The translations under genes were made by a program, and so were the position numbers. A DNA stretch of 48,950 nucleotides from Candidatus Omnitrophota bacterium (GTDB lineage: Bacteria > Omnitrophota > Gorgyraeia > JAFGHF01), in NCBI GenBank assembly GCA_020341815.1, contig CP070837.1, forward strand, positions 387,196 through 436,145. The letters run 5' to 3'. Positions within the stretch are counted from its first letter, which is position 1. Each line of letters begins with the position of its first letter. The notes beneath the pieces were generated by a model, which worked only from the letters and a program-made list of their open reading frames with translations, made no database searches and was not told where the DNA came from. Of the stretch, positions 45,974-48,950 are shown piece after piece.

Positions 45974-47973
45974 GCATAAGGGTGCATGCCCTGGCCAAGA
46001 ATCTTGGGCTTTCCAGCAAGGACCTTCTGGCTAAACTTAAAAAACTTAATGTCAAAGTCAAAGGGCATATGAGTTCTTTGGACGATGAGACTGCGCAGAT
46101 AATACGGGAAGAGCTAAAATCAAAACCCAAGTCCAAGCCTAAGGCTAAACCTAAGCCTAAAGTAGACAAGCCCGCTTCCGTCAAAAAACCGGATGAGAAA
46201 AAGCCGGATGAGAAAGAGCTAAAAGAGCTGCAGATAAAGATACCTCTTACAGTGAAAGAATTGGCCGTTAAGATGTCTCTTAAACCTACCGACCTTATAA
46301 AGACACTGATGAAGATGAAGATAATGGCTACTATTAATCAGTCACTTGATGAGGAGACCGTTAAGAAGGTAGGTGAAGAGTTTGGCTTTAACCTGGGACG
46401 GCTTCCTACGCTTGAGGAGGAGTTTTTAGAGCGCCATAAAGAAAAAGATACTTCGGGTAAATTAGTTGCCCGGGCGCCGGTGGTGACCTTTATGGGTCAC
46501 GTAGATCACGGCAAGACCTCGCTTCTGGATTTAATTAGAAAGACAAAAGTGGCCGCCCGTGAGGCCGGCGGGATTACCCAGCACATCGGGGCCTCCGAAG
46601 TTGAAGTGGACGGAAAAAGGATTACTTTTTTAGACACCCCGGGCCATGAGGCCTTTACTGCCATGCGTGCCCGCGGCGCTAATGCTACGGATATCGTAGT
46701 ATTGGTTGTTGCTGCCAATGACGGAGTGATGCCCCAGACTATAGAGGCCATTGACCATGCCCGGGCCGCAGATGTGCCCATTGTTGTGGCGATTAACAAG
46801 TGTGATTTGCCCAATATTAATATTGCCCGGGTTAAGGCACAGCTTAGCCAGCATGATTTAGTCGCTGAGGATATGGGCGGGAAAACTATTACCGTTAATG
46901 TTTCTGCCAAGACCGGCCAGGGTATCGATGATTTGCTGGAGATGATTCTTTTGGAAGGGGAAATGCTGGAATTAAAGGCCAATCCTAATCGCCCCGCTCG
47001 TGGGATAGTCGTTGAAAGTAAACTTTCCCGCGGTATGGGTCCTACTGCTACTATTTTGATTCAAAACGGCAGTCTTAAAGTGGGGGACGTTTTGATTTGC
47101 GGCGATTATTATGCCCGGGTCAAATCGATGCTTAATGACCATAGAGAGCAGATTAAGGAAGCGCATCCCTCTAACGCCTTGGAAATTTCAGGACTAACGG
47201 GTGTGCCTGAGGCCGGCGATGCATTTTATGTGGTAGAAGATGAAAAAAAGGCCCGTGAATTTTCCCTTCAGCGTTTGGAAGAAAAGAGATTGAAGGGGGC
47301 AGTTGCAATAACGCATATTTCTCTTGAGGATTTGTATAGCCAGGTTAAGGAAGGCAAGATTAAAGAGCTAAATATTATTGTAAAGGCCGATGTTCAGGGC
47401 TCACTTCAGGCACTTATAGAATCATTGCAAAAACTAAGCTCCAAAGAGATAGCTATCAAGGTAATTCATAGCGGCGTGGGCAATGTCAATGTCTCTGATA
47501 TAGTCCTGGCCGCAGCTTCCAATGCTGTTGTGATTGGGTTCCATGTGGGCACGGAATCGCGCGCTCAAGCCGCGGCAGAAAAAGAAAAGGTGGATATCCG
47601 CCTTTATAATATCATATACGAGGTTACCGCAGATATCAAAAGCGCACTGGAAGGAATGCTTGAGCCCCATATTAAAGAAGTCTTCTTGGGCCGCGCCCAG
47701 GTTCGCCAGATATTTAAGGTTTCCAAGATAGGCAATGTGGCCGGTTGCATGGTCTTAGCCGGCAAAATGGTTCTGCATGCGCCGTGTCGCGTGGTTCGCA
47801 GTAATGAAGAGATATTCCGCGGCAAGATAAGCTCCTTGAAGAAATTCAAAGAAAATGTCAAGGAGATGAATGCGGGCAGTGAATGCGGTATCGCTGTTGC
47901 CAATTTTAAAACTATCCGTGTGGCCGATATTATCGAATGTTTTGAAATAGAGAAGGTAGCCAGGAGATTATGA
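45970..47973 (+). CDS. infB: Translation initiation factor IF-2
   Basis: GHVDHGKTSLLD, DTPGHEAF and NKCD GTPase motifs, with a Lys/Pro-rich N-terminal linker. ATGA overlaps at both ends. Confidence 0.95.
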   Translation: MSIRVHALAKNLGLSSKDLLAKLKKLNVKVKGHMSSLDDETAQIIREELKSKPKSKPKAKPKPKVDKPASVKKPDEKKPDEKELKELQIKIPLTVKELAVKMSLKPTDLIKTLMKMKIMATINQSLDEETVKKVGEEFGFNLGRLPTLEEEFLERHKEKDTSGKLVARAPVVTFMGHVDHGKTSLLDLIRKTKVAAREAGGITQHIGASEVEVDGKRITFLDTPGHEAFTAMRARGANATDIVVLVVAANDGVMPQTIEAIDHARAADVPIVVAINKCDLPNINIARVKAQLSQHDLVAEDMGGKTITVNVSAKTGQGIDDLLEMILLEGEMLELKANPNRPARGIVVESKLSRGMGPTATILIQNGSLKVGDVLICGDYYARVKSMLNDHREQIKEAHPSNALEISGLTGVPEAGDAFYVVEDEKKAREFSLQRLEEKRLKGAVAITHISLEDLYSQVKEGKIKELNIIVKADVQGSLQALIESLQKLSSKEIAIKVIHSGVGNVNVSDIVLAAASNAVVIGFHVGTESRAQAAAEKEKVDIRLYNIIYEVTADIKSALEGMLEPHIKEVFLGRAQVRQIFKVSKIGNVAGCMVLAGKMVLHAPCRVVRSNEEIFRGKISSLKKFKENVKEMNAGSECGIAVANFKTIRVADIIECFEIEKVARRL

Positions 47974-48950
47974 GAAAGCGCTTGTTGAGCGGAATGCGTC
48001 CTACAGGCCCTCTGCACCTGGGACATCTGGTGGGGGCCCTGAAAAATTGGGTTTTGCTTCAGGATGAATATGACTGCTTTTTTATGATTGCCGACTGGCA
48101 TGCGCATATGAGCGAATATGAGCGGCCCGCAGATATAAGAAAATATACCCTGGATAATGCCATTGACTGGTTAAGCTGCGGAATAGATGCGCGAAAAAGC
48201 ACCATTTTTGCGCAGTCTCAGGTAGAAGAGCATGCCCAGCTCCATATTATTCTTTCTAACATTACGCCCTTGGGCTGGCTTGAGCGTTGCCCTACTTACA
48301 AGGAGCAGTTAAGGGAAATAAAAACACGCGATTTGCACACCTATGGATTTTTGGGTTATCCTGTACTACAGGCTGCGGATATCCTTATTTATAAAGCCTC
48401 TGCCGTTCCCGTAGGGCAGGATCAGTTGGCGCATCTGGAATTGACGCGGGAGATTGTCCGGCGCTTTCAGCATATTTATAAAAAGAAGGTGTTCCCCGAG
48501 CCCCGGTCTATTCTAACGCAGACGCCCAAGCTTTTAGGTATCGATAACCGGAAGATGAGCAAGAGTTACAATAACTTTATCGCTCTTTCCGATTCGCAAG
48601 TCGAGGTGCGCAGGAAATGCGCGCAGATGTTTACCGACCCGAAGAGAATTAAAAAGAGCGACGCAGGGCACCCGAAGACGTGCAATATTTATGCATATTT
48701 TAAGACATTTAGACCTGAGATAGCGGAAGAAGTGCGTCAAAGTTGTGCCAAAGCCGAAATTGGATGCACGGAATGCAAGAAGAGACTGGCGGAGGTACTA
48801 AATGAAGTATTGGAGCCAATTCGCCAGAGAAGAGAGGAATTCGTTAAAGAAAAATCCAGAATAGAAGACATCCTAACGGAGGGTAGAAAAAAAGCAAAGA
48901 AAGTTACTCTTGAGACCTTGGCTGAAGTAAAAAAGCTGGTGGGATTGTAT
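47970..48950 (+). CDS. trpS: Tryptophanyl-tRNA synthetase (3' end beyond the window)
   Basis: The frame stays open from ATG 47970 to the window edge, so it is not in the ORF track. GMRPTGPLHLGHLVGAL (HIGH-type) and in-frame KMSKS near 48552. Confidence 0.9.
   Translation, partial: MRKRLLSGMRPTGPLHLGHLVGALKNWVLLQDEYDCFFMIADWHAHMSEYERPADIRKYTLDNAIDWLSCGIDARKSTIFAQSQVEEHAQLHIILSNITPLGWLERCPTYKEQLREIKTRDLHTYGFLGYPVLQAADILIYKASAVPVGQDQLAHLELTREIVRRFQHIYKKKVFPEPRSILTQTPKLLGIDNRKMSKSYNNFIALSDSQVEVRRKCAQMFTDPKRIKKSDAGHPKTCNIYAYFKTFRPEIAEEVRQSCAKAEIGCTECKKRLAEVLNEVLEPIRQRREEFVKEKSRIEDILTEGRKKAKKVTLETLAEVKKLVGLY

Noticed and set aside
46130-46215. Short tandem repeats in infB: the KPKSKPKAKPKPK-coding tract and a 15-bp duplication, AAACCGGATGAGAAA / AAGCCGGATGAGAAA, at 46186-46215.
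   Set aside because: This is a Lys/Pro/Glu-rich low-complexity linker, normal for the variable N-terminal region of IF-2. It is in frame and has no further structure.

Overview
This is a 49-kb, gene-dense stretch of a diderm (LPS-making) bacterial chromosome. The taxon cannot be assigned without a database search. All 48 supportable CDS are on the + strand, and many have overlapping stop/start junctions. In order: aroE-pilD-aroC-aroK, then dprA. Next comes a visibly AT-rich ~3-kb block of hypothetical exported and membrane proteins, wedged into the usually tight dprA-topA junction and bounded by repeated copies of the topA ribosome-binding site and 5' end. topA-xerC follow. A large lipid A-core/Kdo/heptose/Lpt supercluster comes next: waaA, an lpxK-ELM1-like fusion, a GT4-GT9 fusion, GT4, a CE4 deacetylase, three more GT9, hldA, kdsB-kdsA-kdsD-kdsC, an lptC/lptA-like fusion and lptB. 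After that are tig (lacking the PPIase domain), clpP, a class-V aminotransferase with serA, an HMGL-family synthase, purA, a membrane pyrophosphatase and an OmpA-like lipoprotein. The window ends with the conserved uppS-cdsA-dxr-rseP-ispG-proS block, rimP-nusA-infB and the 5' part of trpS. I saw no rRNA, tRNA, CRISPR array, transposase or integrase other than xer. The best candidates for something undescribed are non-coding. (1) A two-copy stop-to-start intercistronic RNA element (hldA|kdsB and cdsA|dxr): a C-rich arm abutting the upstream stop codon pairs with the SD and GTG start of the next gene, and the differences between copies preserve pairing. (2) A promoter, three-way-junction RNA and terminator module between proS and rimP. 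(3) Palindromes built from short-unit repeat arrays that start directly at stop codons (after serA and tig), with the serA-type 7-mer also present as an in-frame tandem tract inside ispG. (4) The repeat-bounded insertion at dprA-topA, which carries a secreted protein with a possible permuted papain-fold (PPPDE/LRAT-like) motif pair and an adjacent membrane protein. Several unusual domain architectures are also flagged. All family calls come from motif recognition by eye and need HMM/BLAST confirmation.
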